From contig CADARU010000002.1 of assembly GCA_902790415.1 (NCBI GenBank), positions 62,974 to 126,973 on the forward strand: a stretch of 64,000 bases of DNA. Direction: 5' to 3'. Positions 1-8,188 of this stretch are shown here, one piece after another. The position numbers and the translations under genes are program-made. Each line of letters begins with the position of its first letter. Positions within the stretch are counted from its first letter, which is position 1. The stretch is from an uncultured Pseudomonadota bacterium. GTDB lineage: Bacteria > Pseudomonadota > Alphaproteobacteria > Rs-D84. Under the pieces are notes generated by a model. It saw nothing but the letters and a program-made list of their open reading frames with translations. It searched no databases and was not told the DNA's origin.

Positions 1-464
1 TCTATCAAATTTCTTTCAATCACTGTGCAAGGTTTATCTTCCACGACATCAACCGTTTCTGCGGCACGCAACGCATTAACAACCTTGTATTCTGCATCGG
101 CCAAATCAAAATACTTCTGTTGATTTTCTGTGCATGCCTGTTTAGATAACAGCACATAAATTTTTGCGTTATTATCATGGTCCCATACATCTAAATTATC
201 GCCAATTCTGACACGTTGCAACAATGCATCTTCACGCATTTTGCATGGATTTTGATGTTTTTCTAAAAACTTTCTGACCTTGCCAATATGATTAACAGAT
301 TCGACCTTGGGTTTATTCTGTGGTGCTTTGTGTCCCCACAAAGAATACCCTGTCATTACACCGCAAAAGAATATACCAAACAATGCCAACCATGCCCAAA
401 CCTTTTGTGCGCGCGTACAGATATAGCAATTATCGCAAGTACATACTTTATTTTGTTTTTTCAT
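1..464 (-). CDS. hypothetical membrane-anchored protein, N-terminal part only (ORF runs off the left window edge)
   Basis: ATG at 464-462 with GGAGAG Shine-Dalgarno about 7 nt upstream. The frame is open to base 1. Translation starts MKKQNKVCTCDNCYIC and is followed by a hydrophobic helix (WAWLALFGIFFCGVMTGY). It is absent from the ORF track because it is truncated. It lies directly downstream of lolD on the same strand. Confidence 0.55.
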   Translation of the reverse strand, partial: MKKQNKVCTCDNCYICTRAQKVWAWLALFGIFFCGVMTGYSLWGHKAPQNKPKVESVNHIGKVRKFLEKHQNPCKMREDALLQRVRIGDNLDVWDHDNNAKIYVLLSKQACTENQQKYFDLADAEYKVVNALRAAETVDVVEDKPCTVIERNLI

Positions 465-486
465 TTTACCCTCTCCTTTTTATTTA

Positions 487-1197
487 TTATTTAACTGTTC
501 CATTTTTAATTGTAATGCGGCGGTCGGCACGATTTGCCAAAGACATATCATGCGTTACAAACAACATCGCCATATTATTTTTACGAACCAAATCCAACAA
601 TAATTCAAACACCGAAACGGCATGATTTGGGTCCAAACTGCCTGTTGGTTCGTCCGCCAATAAAATATCAGGTTCGTTCGCCAATGCACGCGCAACCGCG
701 GTGCGTTGTTGTTCGCCACCAGACATTTGTCCCGGCAAATGTGATGCACGATGTGAAACATTTGCGGCCTTTAATAATTTTTTTGCACGCATGGCGGCAA
801 CTTCTTCATTAACACCATTTGCCAACATCGGCAACATAACATTTTCCAATGCCGTAAAGTCAGATAATAAATTATGACGTTGATACACAAATCCCATTTT
901 TTTGCGGCGAATCATTGTGCGCATTTCATCATTCATTGTATGCACCGGGGTTCCACAAACCAAAATACTGCCCCCCGATGGTTTATCCAACAATCCAACG
1001 CATTGTAATAATGTTGATTTGCCCGACCCAGATGGCCCAACCAACGCGATAATTTCACCACGATGCAAATCAAAACCGCCACCGGTTAAGATATGTAACG
1101 GCTGGCCACCTTCTATAAAGGTCTTTTTAATATCGCGCACCGACAAAACAACTTCGCCCTGCTTTGGTTTTGATAAAGAATTCAATATAGATGCCAT
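487..1197 (-). CDS. lolD: lipoprotein-releasing ABC transporter ATP-binding protein LolD
   Basis: Walker A GPSGSGKST, ABC signature MSGGEQQR, Walker B LLADEPTGSLD. Adjacent to a LolC/E-type permease gene. Confidence 0.9.
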   Translation of the reverse strand: MASILNSLSKPKQGEVVLSVRDIKKTFIEGGQPLHILTGGGFDLHRGEIIALVGPSGSGKSTLLQCVGLLDKPSGGSILVCGTPVHTMNDEMRTMIRRKKMGFVYQRHNLLSDFTALENVMLPMLANGVNEEVAAMRAKKLLKAANVSHRASHLPGQMSGGEQQRTAVARALANEPDILLADEPTGSLDPNHAVSVFELLLDLVRKNNMAMLFVTHDMSLANRADRRITIKNGTVK

Positions 1198-1212
1198 TTA
1201 ATTATATTCCTT

Positions 1213-2466
1213 TTATTCATTTCTTAACACCTCTACGGGGTCAGTGTTTGCCGCCTTCCACGCAGGATAAATAGTTGCCAAGAAAGCCAGTGCAATCGCA
1301 ATCACCGCAATTCCTATAACCGTTATTGGCACAACGCGCGATGGCAATTCGGATAAATAATACAATTCTGCCGGGAACAAATCACGTCCTGTTGCCCACT
1401 GAAAGAATTGACGAATTGGTTCGATATAAATCGCGACAACAACACCCAATATAGTTCCCAGAATTGCGCCGATGACACCGATACTGGTCCCCGATAAAAT
1501 AAATATACGCATCATTGAACGGCGCGACACACCAAATGTTCGCAGCACCGCAATGTCTTTGGATTTGTCTTTGACCAACATTACCAACGAAGAAACAATA
1601 TTAAATGCTGCAACAATCACTATCAACATCAAGATTAAAAACATTACATTTGATTCAACCTGTAATGCACCAACAAACCCACGATTTAAATCTCGCCAAT
1701 CACGCACAATAAAACTCTCGGGCAATAAAGAAGACAATGCTTCACGTACGGCCGTTGTATCTTCGGGATTTTTCAAAAACAAATCAATATGCGTAACCGA
1801 TTTACCCAAATTCAAATATTTTTGTGCGGTTTCCAATGGCATAAACACATAGCCCGAATCATATTCATACATCCCCATAAAGAACGATGTTTGCACCGGA
1901 TAAGACATAATACGCGGCATCGTACCAAATGCGGTCGGCGTTGCACCATTTGCCGACACCAAAGAAACACTGTCGCCCATATGTACCATCAATGTACGCG
2001 CCAACGAAGACCCGATTATTAATTCACCATCACGAATATCACGCAACGATTTGCCATAAATTTTTGTTCCTGTTGCGGTCTTTGCCATCAAATCAGACAT
2101 ATTTATTCCGCGCACCATCGCCCCAGAATTTTTGCCACGCGATGTAACCATAACCTGACCTTCGGCAATAGGGACAATGGAATTAACCGCATTTTGAACG
2201 GTTTTACTGGTGCGCATTTTTTCAATCAAGAAATCATAATCGGCAATCGCGCCATCTTGGTGATAAACAACCACGTGTCCGTTCATCCCCACAATACGCG
2301 ACAACAACGTATCATGAAAACCGCCCATCACCGACATAACAACTATCAATGTTGCCACACCCAACATAATACCAATCAAAGATACCCAAGACACCACCGA
2401 ACCAAAACCACGCCGTTTGGCCCCCAGATATCTAAATGCGATTTTTCTTTCCAGTTTTGTGAACAT
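1213..2466 (-). CDS. lolC: lipoprotein-releasing system permease, LolC/LolE family
   Basis: 417 aa. N-terminus is FRYLGAKRRGFGSVVSWVSLIGIMLGVATLIV, typical of LolC/E. Large periplasmic loop and a C-terminal FtsX-like 3-TM bundle. 15 nt upstream of lolD. Confidence 0.85.
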   Translation of the reverse strand: MFTKLERKIAFRYLGAKRRGFGSVVSWVSLIGIMLGVATLIVVMSVMGGFHDTLLSRIVGMNGHVVVYHQDGAIADYDFLIEKMRTSKTVQNAVNSIVPIAEGQVMVTSRGKNSGAMVRGINMSDLMAKTATGTKIYGKSLRDIRDGELIIGSSLARTLMVHMGDSVSLVSANGATPTAFGTMPRIMSYPVQTSFFMGMYEYDSGYVFMPLETAQKYLNLGKSVTHIDLFLKNPEDTTAVREALSSLLPESFIVRDWRDLNRGFVGALQVESNVMFLILMLIVIVAAFNIVSSLVMLVKDKSKDIAVLRTFGVSRRSMMRIFILSGTSIGVIGAILGTILGVVVAIYIEPIRQFFQWATGRDLFPAELYYLSELPSRVVPITVIGIAVIAIALAFLATIYPAWKAANTDPVEVLRNE

Positions 2467-2475
2467 ATCTTTATC

Positions 2476-3798
2476 CTAATTCTTTAAAAAGTCCCTTAAT
2501 GCATCACCAACCAACTGTGGTTGTGCCGGAATATTTGCCGGGTCAACAATAGATATTATACGCGGCGACATAAACACAACCAATTCTGCAAACGGACTTA
2601 TTAACGTTTCCGGTGTCGTAACAAACGAGTGTGTCGGGATACCAATAATAACATAATTATCACCAATACTGGACGGTATATTAAACGATGACAATTCGCC
2701 ATTACTGGTTCGCAAAACGACCTTGGCATCTATTTTATCCATACCACCATAATCACCGTATTGCGCCGATGCACCAACAATTAAATCTGTTTCCAAACGT
2801 TCTTCTTTGCCACATTGACCAATATCAAATCGTGATTGCCACCCATTTGGAACAACAAAACGTCCCTGGGAAATTAGAACAACGTTTGATTGTTGTGCCA
2901 AGAATTCTTGTAACGTTTTTGTATTTATTTCTGGGCCCACAACCAACGCACGCCCGACCACACCCGGAATAGACATCTTGACATTTTTTTCGCCAAATGC
3001 CGGTAACAAATTCATCCAAACAATTGGATTATCGGTACGCGGATAAACACGATAAACATCCATATCCCATGCCATTACATATTTTTTCGATGATAAATCA
3101 GATATTATTTTTGAAACTTCGCGTTCGGTCTGATAATTTCCTTCAAAAACCAAAGTTTTATCTTGCCAGTTAACCAATAAATTTCGCATATCTGCGCCAT
3201 GCATCGCATCCAACAACGCCATTATTATACTTTCGTCTTTTGGCATTTTTATTAGCCATTTTGTTTTATTAAACAAACGCAATTCGTTGCTGTCCGCATC
3301 ATACGAATAATAAACACGTCCCAATTTGGTCATCAAATTAACCGCATCAGATAAATTTCCCGATGCAATCGAACCAGATATTTTTTCAAACATCTGCTCT
3401 TGTTCAACAACATCAATATTTGTTCCATCCAGTAATTTATTTAATGCCTGGCTGACCGTCAACTTTTGAAAATCGTAATCAGACACATTTAATTCAGGTA
3501 ACGGGTCCCCCAAATCCAAACGAACCATTTCTATCTTTTCTTCGGGAACAACAGACACAACCGATTGATTATCCCAATCAACCGTACAACGTTTCGGTAA
3601 TTCTATTGAAAAATGACGTGCAGTATCGGTTGTTAGCGCGGCTTTTTTTGGAAAAATAGGCACAGAATTATCATCTATGACCAGATTATCAACAACACGC
3701 ACCGTATCCATCTGTTCAAATTTGACCGAATTATCTTGCTGGGCACAGCCCGCCAACAAAATCGCGATTCCGGACAAAAATTTTAATAGGTGTTTCAT
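2476..3798 (-). CDS. lipoprotein with secretin-like C-terminal domain (PilN/BfpB-type lipoprotein secretin candidate)
   Basis: Signal peptide plus lipobox ILLAGC. The C-terminal ~170 aa follows the secretin pattern (LQEFLAQQSNVVLISQGRFVVPNG ... DNYVIIGIP ... AELVVFMSPRII, compare ELLIFITPRIV in secretins). Stop is 9 nt upstream of the lolC start. Confidence 0.5.
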   Translation of the reverse strand: MKHLLKFLSGIAILLAGCAQQDNSVKFEQMDTVRVVDNLVIDDNSVPIFPKKAALTTDTARHFSIELPKRCTVDWDNQSVVSVVPEEKIEMVRLDLGDPLPELNVSDYDFQKLTVSQALNKLLDGTNIDVVEQEQMFEKISGSIASGNLSDAVNLMTKLGRVYYSYDADSNELRLFNKTKWLIKMPKDESIIMALLDAMHGADMRNLLVNWQDKTLVFEGNYQTEREVSKIISDLSSKKYVMAWDMDVYRVYPRTDNPIVWMNLLPAFGEKNVKMSIPGVVGRALVVGPEINTKTLQEFLAQQSNVVLISQGRFVVPNGWQSRFDIGQCGKEERLETDLIVGASAQYGDYGGMDKIDAKVVLRTSNGELSSFNIPSSIGDNYVIIGIPTHSFVTTPETLISPFAELVVFMSPRIISIVDPANIPAQPQLVGDALRDFLKN

Positions 3799-3822
3799 AT
3801 TCCTTCCTTTTAAATATTTATA

Positions 3823-4146
3823 TTAAATATTCATCATTTTTTCAAATTCTTCCAACGTCATTTCATATATCGGTTTTTCCGAAGGGGTTACCAAATCATG
3901 CACCGCCTCAAATTGTTTTTTAAATAAATTTATCACATTTAGAACATCTTGCGGTACATTTTTGTTTTCCTTGGTTAACCGTTCGCCATATTCTACAATA
4001 TATTCTAACAGGTCCGCCGCAAAAAAACGACCAACATATTTTTCCTGGGCAATTCCGCCTTTTTTGACACAAATTGCCGACATCGTCTTTACGGTTTGAT
4101 TATAAAAATTTGCCAGTTTTATAAAGTTTTGAACCGTCAAAGCCAT
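3823..4146 (-). CDS. hypothetical protein (107 aa)
   Basis: Intact ORF 24 nt upstream of the secretin-like gene on the same strand. No recognisable motifs. Confidence 0.4.
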   Translation of the reverse strand: MALTVQNFIKLANFYNQTVKTMSAICVKKGGIAQEKYVGRFFAADLLEYIVEYGERLTKENKNVPQDVLNVINLFKKQFEAVHDLVTPSEKPIYEMTLEEFEKMMNI

Positions 4147-4221
4147 CTCTTGACCCCCTATTATTTTTATACATTATAAAAACTATTGCCACCAAAACGC
4201 AATTAAATTATAATAGTAATC

Positions 4222-4602
4222 ATGAGAATGGTTAAATTTATTTTTTTCCTGGCATTATGTGCGTGTTCTTCACCCAACGGGGGCAGTATAGATAACGCCA
4301 CAATATTGAATTGGGAAAACGAATCTGTAACAACCGAACAATTTGTTCGGGACCACAAGGCGTGTCTGGGAATAACCCAACCGTCTTATATGCCACGTTC
4401 GCGTTTGTCAAAATTATTATCTCCAAACCAGGGTACGCGTATGCCCGATTGGGACGGGTTGTGGGTAACATTTCAATCAAACGAATACCGCGATGTGGGC
4501 CAGCGGGCATTATTATCGGTCCCCAGCAATACAACATCTAAATCTGTTGGTTCTTACCGCAAATGCATGTTCAGACGTGGTTATCTACTGCGCGCGATAT
4601 AA
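4222..4602 (+). CDS. hypothetical lipoprotein (126 aa)
   Basis: N-terminal signal sequence MRMVKFIFFLALCAC with a lipobox-like LCAC. No other motifs. Confidence 0.4.
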   Translation: MRMVKFIFFLALCACSSPNGGSIDNATILNWENESVTTEQFVRDHKACLGITQPSYMPRSRLSKLLSPNQGTRMPDWDGLWVTFQSNEYRDVGQRALLSVPSNTTSKSVGSYRKCMFRRGYLLRAI

Positions 4603-4627
4603 ATTTTCTTAAACTGTCTTTTATATT

Positions 4628-5335
4628 TTGCAAAAATATGATATAATCGTGCGTATGAAACGAAGTATCTTCTTTTGGCTGTATTTTACTGGGGCCATTT
4701 TATTGGCAATATATTTTGCAACCCGCATAATTATGACATTTATGGGCTATGGACCAAATTCTATGGTGCGCAATATATCTATATCCGTTGATACCAAGGA
4801 CAAAGATTTAACCGCGTTGGCATCTGCGGTTGGGATTTCGGCTGGTACACATACATATTCCATTGATTTAGACGTGGTAAACGCGCGCGTTGGACAAACG
4901 CCCGGGGTCAAAGAATCTGCAATTCGCCGTTTGCCAAATGGCAACTTAAAGTTAAAGGTTAAATTATATCGTGCGGTTGCAACATGGACCGATGGACAAT
5001 ATTATTATCCGCTGTCTGCGGATGGCACAATCGTGAATCAACCATCCGAAGAAAGAAATGCCGGCGCGGTTGTATTTCGTGGCAACGTCCCAAAAGATAT
5101 TTCTGAAATAACAAAATCTGCGATTGGGTTATTGGGCGATTTAGATTATATGGAATGGATTGACGGACATCGATGGAACGCACAAACAACAAACGGCATA
5201 ACCGTTATGTTGCCCGAAGATAACCCAAACGCCGCGATTGCCGGTGTTATCACACTAAACAAAAAACATCGTATTTTATCAAAAAATATCAGTGTTATTG
5301 ATATGCGCGACCCGGCCAGGATTTTGGTTAAATAA
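4628..5335 (+). CDS. ftsQ: cell division protein FtsQ
   Basis: N-terminal TM helix plus POTRA-like region, immediately upstream of ftsA (2 nt gap). The track start is TTG; the ATG at 4655 (MKRSIFFWLYF) is the more likely start. Confidence 0.75.
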   Translation: MQKYDIIVRMKRSIFFWLYFTGAILLAIYFATRIIMTFMGYGPNSMVRNISISVDTKDKDLTALASAVGISAGTHTYSIDLDVVNARVGQTPGVKESAIRRLPNGNLKLKVKLYRAVATWTDGQYYYPLSADGTIVNQPSEERNAGAVVFRGNVPKDISEITKSAIGLLGDLDYMEWIDGHRWNAQTTNGITVMLPEDNPNAAIAGVITLNKKHRILSKNISVIDMRDPARILVK

Positions 5336-5337
5336 AA

Positions 5338-7110
5338 ATGAATATGTTAGATTCATCTTTTCTGTGTCTAGATATTGGAACCAGTGGTGTTCGTGGCATT
5401 GCACATCGCGTAAAAAATGCACACTTGGATAAAAGCGCATATTATTCTGTTGATAATGACGATATTGTTTTGGCCTTGAAAACGGTTATAGATGAACTGG
5501 AACAACAAATTGGCGAACATTTTGACGATGCATATATAACCGGTGATTTTGGGGCATCTTTCTTTACAATGACCGCGAAAAACACCGTATGGCAATCGGA
5601 ACATAAATTTACGGCACTGGACATACAAAACCAAATATCACAAATAAAACACCCTGATGATTTTTATCCGTTGCACATAATCCCTATGCGTTATGACAGT
5701 CCTAAATTACGCAATATGAGCACACCTGTGGGATACAGCGATAAACAATTATTGGCCACATATTCAGGGTTGTATTTCGAACGCGCCAGATTAGATGAAA
5801 TCATGTCGATTCTGCGTGGCGCGCATATCCAGGCAACATCTTTCTTTGCGCCGCATTTCTTGGAATCCAAGGTTTTTAAATCACGTGATGAAACCGCAAT
5901 GTTCATAGATTTTGGCGCATCGGGAACAACGTTATCACTGTGGACACGGCGCGGACCGGTTTGGTACACAACAATCACAAATGGTGGAAACGATTTAACC
6001 ACCGAAATATCTGACCGCATGAGTATATCATTTGCCGAGGCCGCCCGCATAAAACATTCTGTTGCCGATATGACAACCCAAGAAATGGCACGCTTTATCC
6101 CGGCCGACAGTCAATATGGTTTTTCTGTTGCGGATATAAACGAAATCGTTATTCCGTTTTATACCAATTTGGTTGAGCAAATCAAAAATGAAAGCGCGCC
6201 TTTTTTAGAAAAATACAATCCAACAAAAATTGTGGTCAGTGGTGGCGCAACCAGAATAAACGGCTTGATTGACTTTATTGCCCAAGAATTAAATGTTCCA
6301 ATTATAAATCGTGGCATAGATGCGCCAGCGCGCGCCTTGGCCGCGTATGTTTGGGCTTGTCAAAAACCGCACAGAATTGCATATATTGCACGCATGCAAA
6401 GAATAAAAAAACGCATGAATAAAATATTAAAAATATTCAAACGCAGACACAAAAAGACACAACCGCGTTTTGTTCCCATTATGCCCAGTACCCTGTGTTT
6501 TGATATGAGCGCACCTGAAACATATACAATGTTCAAATCATCTGGTATATCTGCGATACATGTTGATATAATGGACGGCTTTTATGTGGACAGAATCGCC
6601 GGCAGCTTGGATGAATTAAACGCAATTCGTACACAATGGAACGGTCATTTGCATGTACACCTTATGACCGAAGCACCAAACGCATGGGCATCTGGCGCGA
6701 TTGCGAACGGTGCAGATACGGTGATATTGTCAACAAACACTTCCGGTCTGCGTGAAGCAATTCAAACCGTAAAAAAGTCCGGAAAACGTGTTGGAATTGC
6801 GCTAAACCCGGAATCTTCGGTATTAATATTAAAAAGGGTTTTACGCGATTTAGATGAAGTTATGATTATGGCTGTAAATCCTGGTGCGGCCGGTCAAGAA
6901 TTCGACCAACGTGTTTTGCAAAAAATAACTATATTAAACGAAACCAGAAAACGCCATAATTTGAAATATACAATATCTGTTGATGGCGGAATAAATTCCC
7001 AAACCGCCCAGGCCTGTTGGAATGCCGGTGCTGATTTGCTGGTCAGTGGTTCTTATTTATCCGGCGCACCTGATTTTCCATTGGCGGTACAAAGTTTACT
7101 TAAAAAATAA
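5338..7110 (+). CDS. ftsA: FtsA fused in frame to a ribulose-phosphate 3-epimerase-like domain
   Basis: aa 1-~375 are actin-fold FtsA (LDIGTSGVRG, DFGASGTT, GGNDLT, VVSGGATRINGL) ending in a basic amphipathic tail RMNKILKIFKRRHKK. aa 382-590 (from the ATG at 6481) align with Rpe: IMPSTLCFDMSA, IHVDIMDG, VHLM, MAVNPGAAGQEF, SVDGGI, AGADLLVSGS. There is no stop codon between the two parts. Confidence 0.8.
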   Translation: MNMLDSSFLCLDIGTSGVRGIAHRVKNAHLDKSAYYSVDNDDIVLALKTVIDELEQQIGEHFDDAYITGDFGASFFTMTAKNTVWQSEHKFTALDIQNQISQIKHPDDFYPLHIIPMRYDSPKLRNMSTPVGYSDKQLLATYSGLYFERARLDEIMSILRGAHIQATSFFAPHFLESKVFKSRDETAMFIDFGASGTTLSLWTRRGPVWYTTITNGGNDLTTEISDRMSISFAEAARIKHSVADMTTQEMARFIPADSQYGFSVADINEIVIPFYTNLVEQIKNESAPFLEKYNPTKIVVSGGATRINGLIDFIAQELNVPIINRGIDAPARALAAYVWACQKPHRIAYIARMQRIKKRMNKILKIFKRRHKKTQPRFVPIMPSTLCFDMSAPETYTMFKSSGISAIHVDIMDGFYVDRIAGSLDELNAIRTQWNGHLHVHLMTEAPNAWASGAIANGADTVILSTNTSGLREAIQTVKKSGKRVGIALNPESSVLILKRVLRDLDEVMIMAVNPGAAGQEFDQRVLQKITILNETRKRHNLKYTISVDGGINSQTAQACWNAGADLLVSGSYLSGAPDFPLAVQSLLKK

Positions 7111-7112
7111 TT

Positions 7113-7520
7113 TTATTTAATGACGATTTTTCGACCATCGCCATATTCTGATATTTCTAAATGAATAGCGTCTTGTGGCAACATATCCGTTGCAATATCA
7201 GGCCATTCTATTAACGTGATATCATTTGCAATCGCATAGTCCAAACCAATTTCAACCAATTCTGCAACATCACCTATGCGATATAAATCAAAGTGTGAAA
7301 TCCGCCCACCAGGATATTCGTATGTTTGAACCAATGTAAATGTTGGACTGGGGACAACAGTATCGGCACCGCATAATGTTTGAATTATCGTACGCGCAAT
7401 CTCGGATTTGCCAACCCCCAAATCACCATGCAAGGCAACCGTTACCGGTGCATGTAATTTCTTGGCAAAATTGCGCGCAAAGGCGCGTGTTTCATCAACG
7501 TTTTTTGCAATGTATTCCAT
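7113..7520 (-). CDS. tsaE: tRNA threonylcarbamoyladenosine biosynthesis ATPase TsaE
   Basis: P-loop GDLGVGKSEIAR and the HFDLYR and EWPD motifs typical of YjeE/TsaE. The start is chosen at MEYIAKNVDE (7520) rather than the track start at 7571. Confidence 0.8.
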   Translation of the reverse strand: MEYIAKNVDETRAFARNFAKKLHAPVTVALHGDLGVGKSEIARTIIQTLCGADTVVPSPTFTLVQTYEYPGGRISHFDLYRIGDVAELVEIGLDYAIANDITLIEWPDIATDMLPQDAIHLEISEYGDGRKIVIK

Positions 7521-7815
7521 CCTGTGCCCTTTTTGATTTTGTGATTGATTTTGCAAATTGTTCTTGAACATTTTTTAAATCGATATCTACATCATCCACA
7601 AATAAAATATAAGGTTTATAATCTGGGGCCAAAAACTCTTGTTGGTTTTCTGATTGCATCGACTGCATCGCCTGCTCTGCTTTCGCTTTGGTATTATATG
7701 CTAAAACTATTTTAAAAACCAGTACCCCCCGTTGAAAAAACACATCGACAAAATGCAGATTCTTGTTAGTGCGTACACCATCTATTTTTATTGTATCTTT
7801 TGCAATGTATTCCAT
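7495..7815 (-). CDS. hypothetical small protein, paralog of 7817..8065
   Basis: Shares VDVxxxRGxLVFKI..YNTKAKAxQxM...Q..L.PDYKP with the neighbouring ORF. Its first 18 nt are identical to the first 18 nt of tsaE. Its 3' end overlaps the tsaE start by 26 nt. Confidence 0.5.
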   Translation of the reverse strand: MEYIAKDTIKIDGVRTNKNLHFVDVFFQRGVLVFKIVLAYNTKAKAEQAMQSMQSENQQEFLAPDYKPYILFVDDVDIDLKNVQEQFAKSITKSKRAQDGIHCKKR

Positions 7816-7816
7816 A

Positions 7817-8065
7817 TTATTTTTCCTTTGTTACATATCCGGCCAGCCATATAAACGGTTTGTAATCAGGAATTAAAATATCCTGTTGTTTCTTTGATTC
7901 CATTGCATGCATTGATTGTTGCGCTTTTGCCTTGGTATTATAAGGATATCTGATTTTGAACACCAGTCCACCACGCTTCACCAAAACATCAACAGCATAA
8001 AAATCCCGCCACAATGCAGAGATATAAATACCTTCAACTTTTATGATTTCTTTTACATTTATCAT
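7817..8065 (-). CDS. hypothetical small protein, paralog of 7495..7815
   Basis: 82 aa. Clear sequence similarity to the adjacent ORF over about 60 aa. Confidence 0.5.
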   Translation of the reverse strand: MINVKEIIKVEGIYISALWRDFYAVDVLVKRGGLVFKIRYPYNTKAKAQQSMHAMESKKQQDILIPDYKPFIWLAGYVTKEK

Positions 8066-8068
8066 CTT

Positions 8069-8188
8069 TTACTCCAATAACAATAAGTCATCTTCCATTT
8101 TATGAATAGTATCGCGCAATTCGGCGGCGGTTTCAAACTCTAAATTTTCGGCGGCCATGCGCATCTTTTTGGTTAAATCCTTGATTTC
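8069..8188 (-). other. uvrB: UvrB C-terminal UVR domain, encoded out of frame relative to the uvrB body
   Basis: The alternative frame reads [39 protein letters not shown], which is the MxxAAxxLEFExAAxLRD UVR motif. The frames join at a T5 run (A5 on the plus strand, 8191-8195). Confidence 0.8.
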
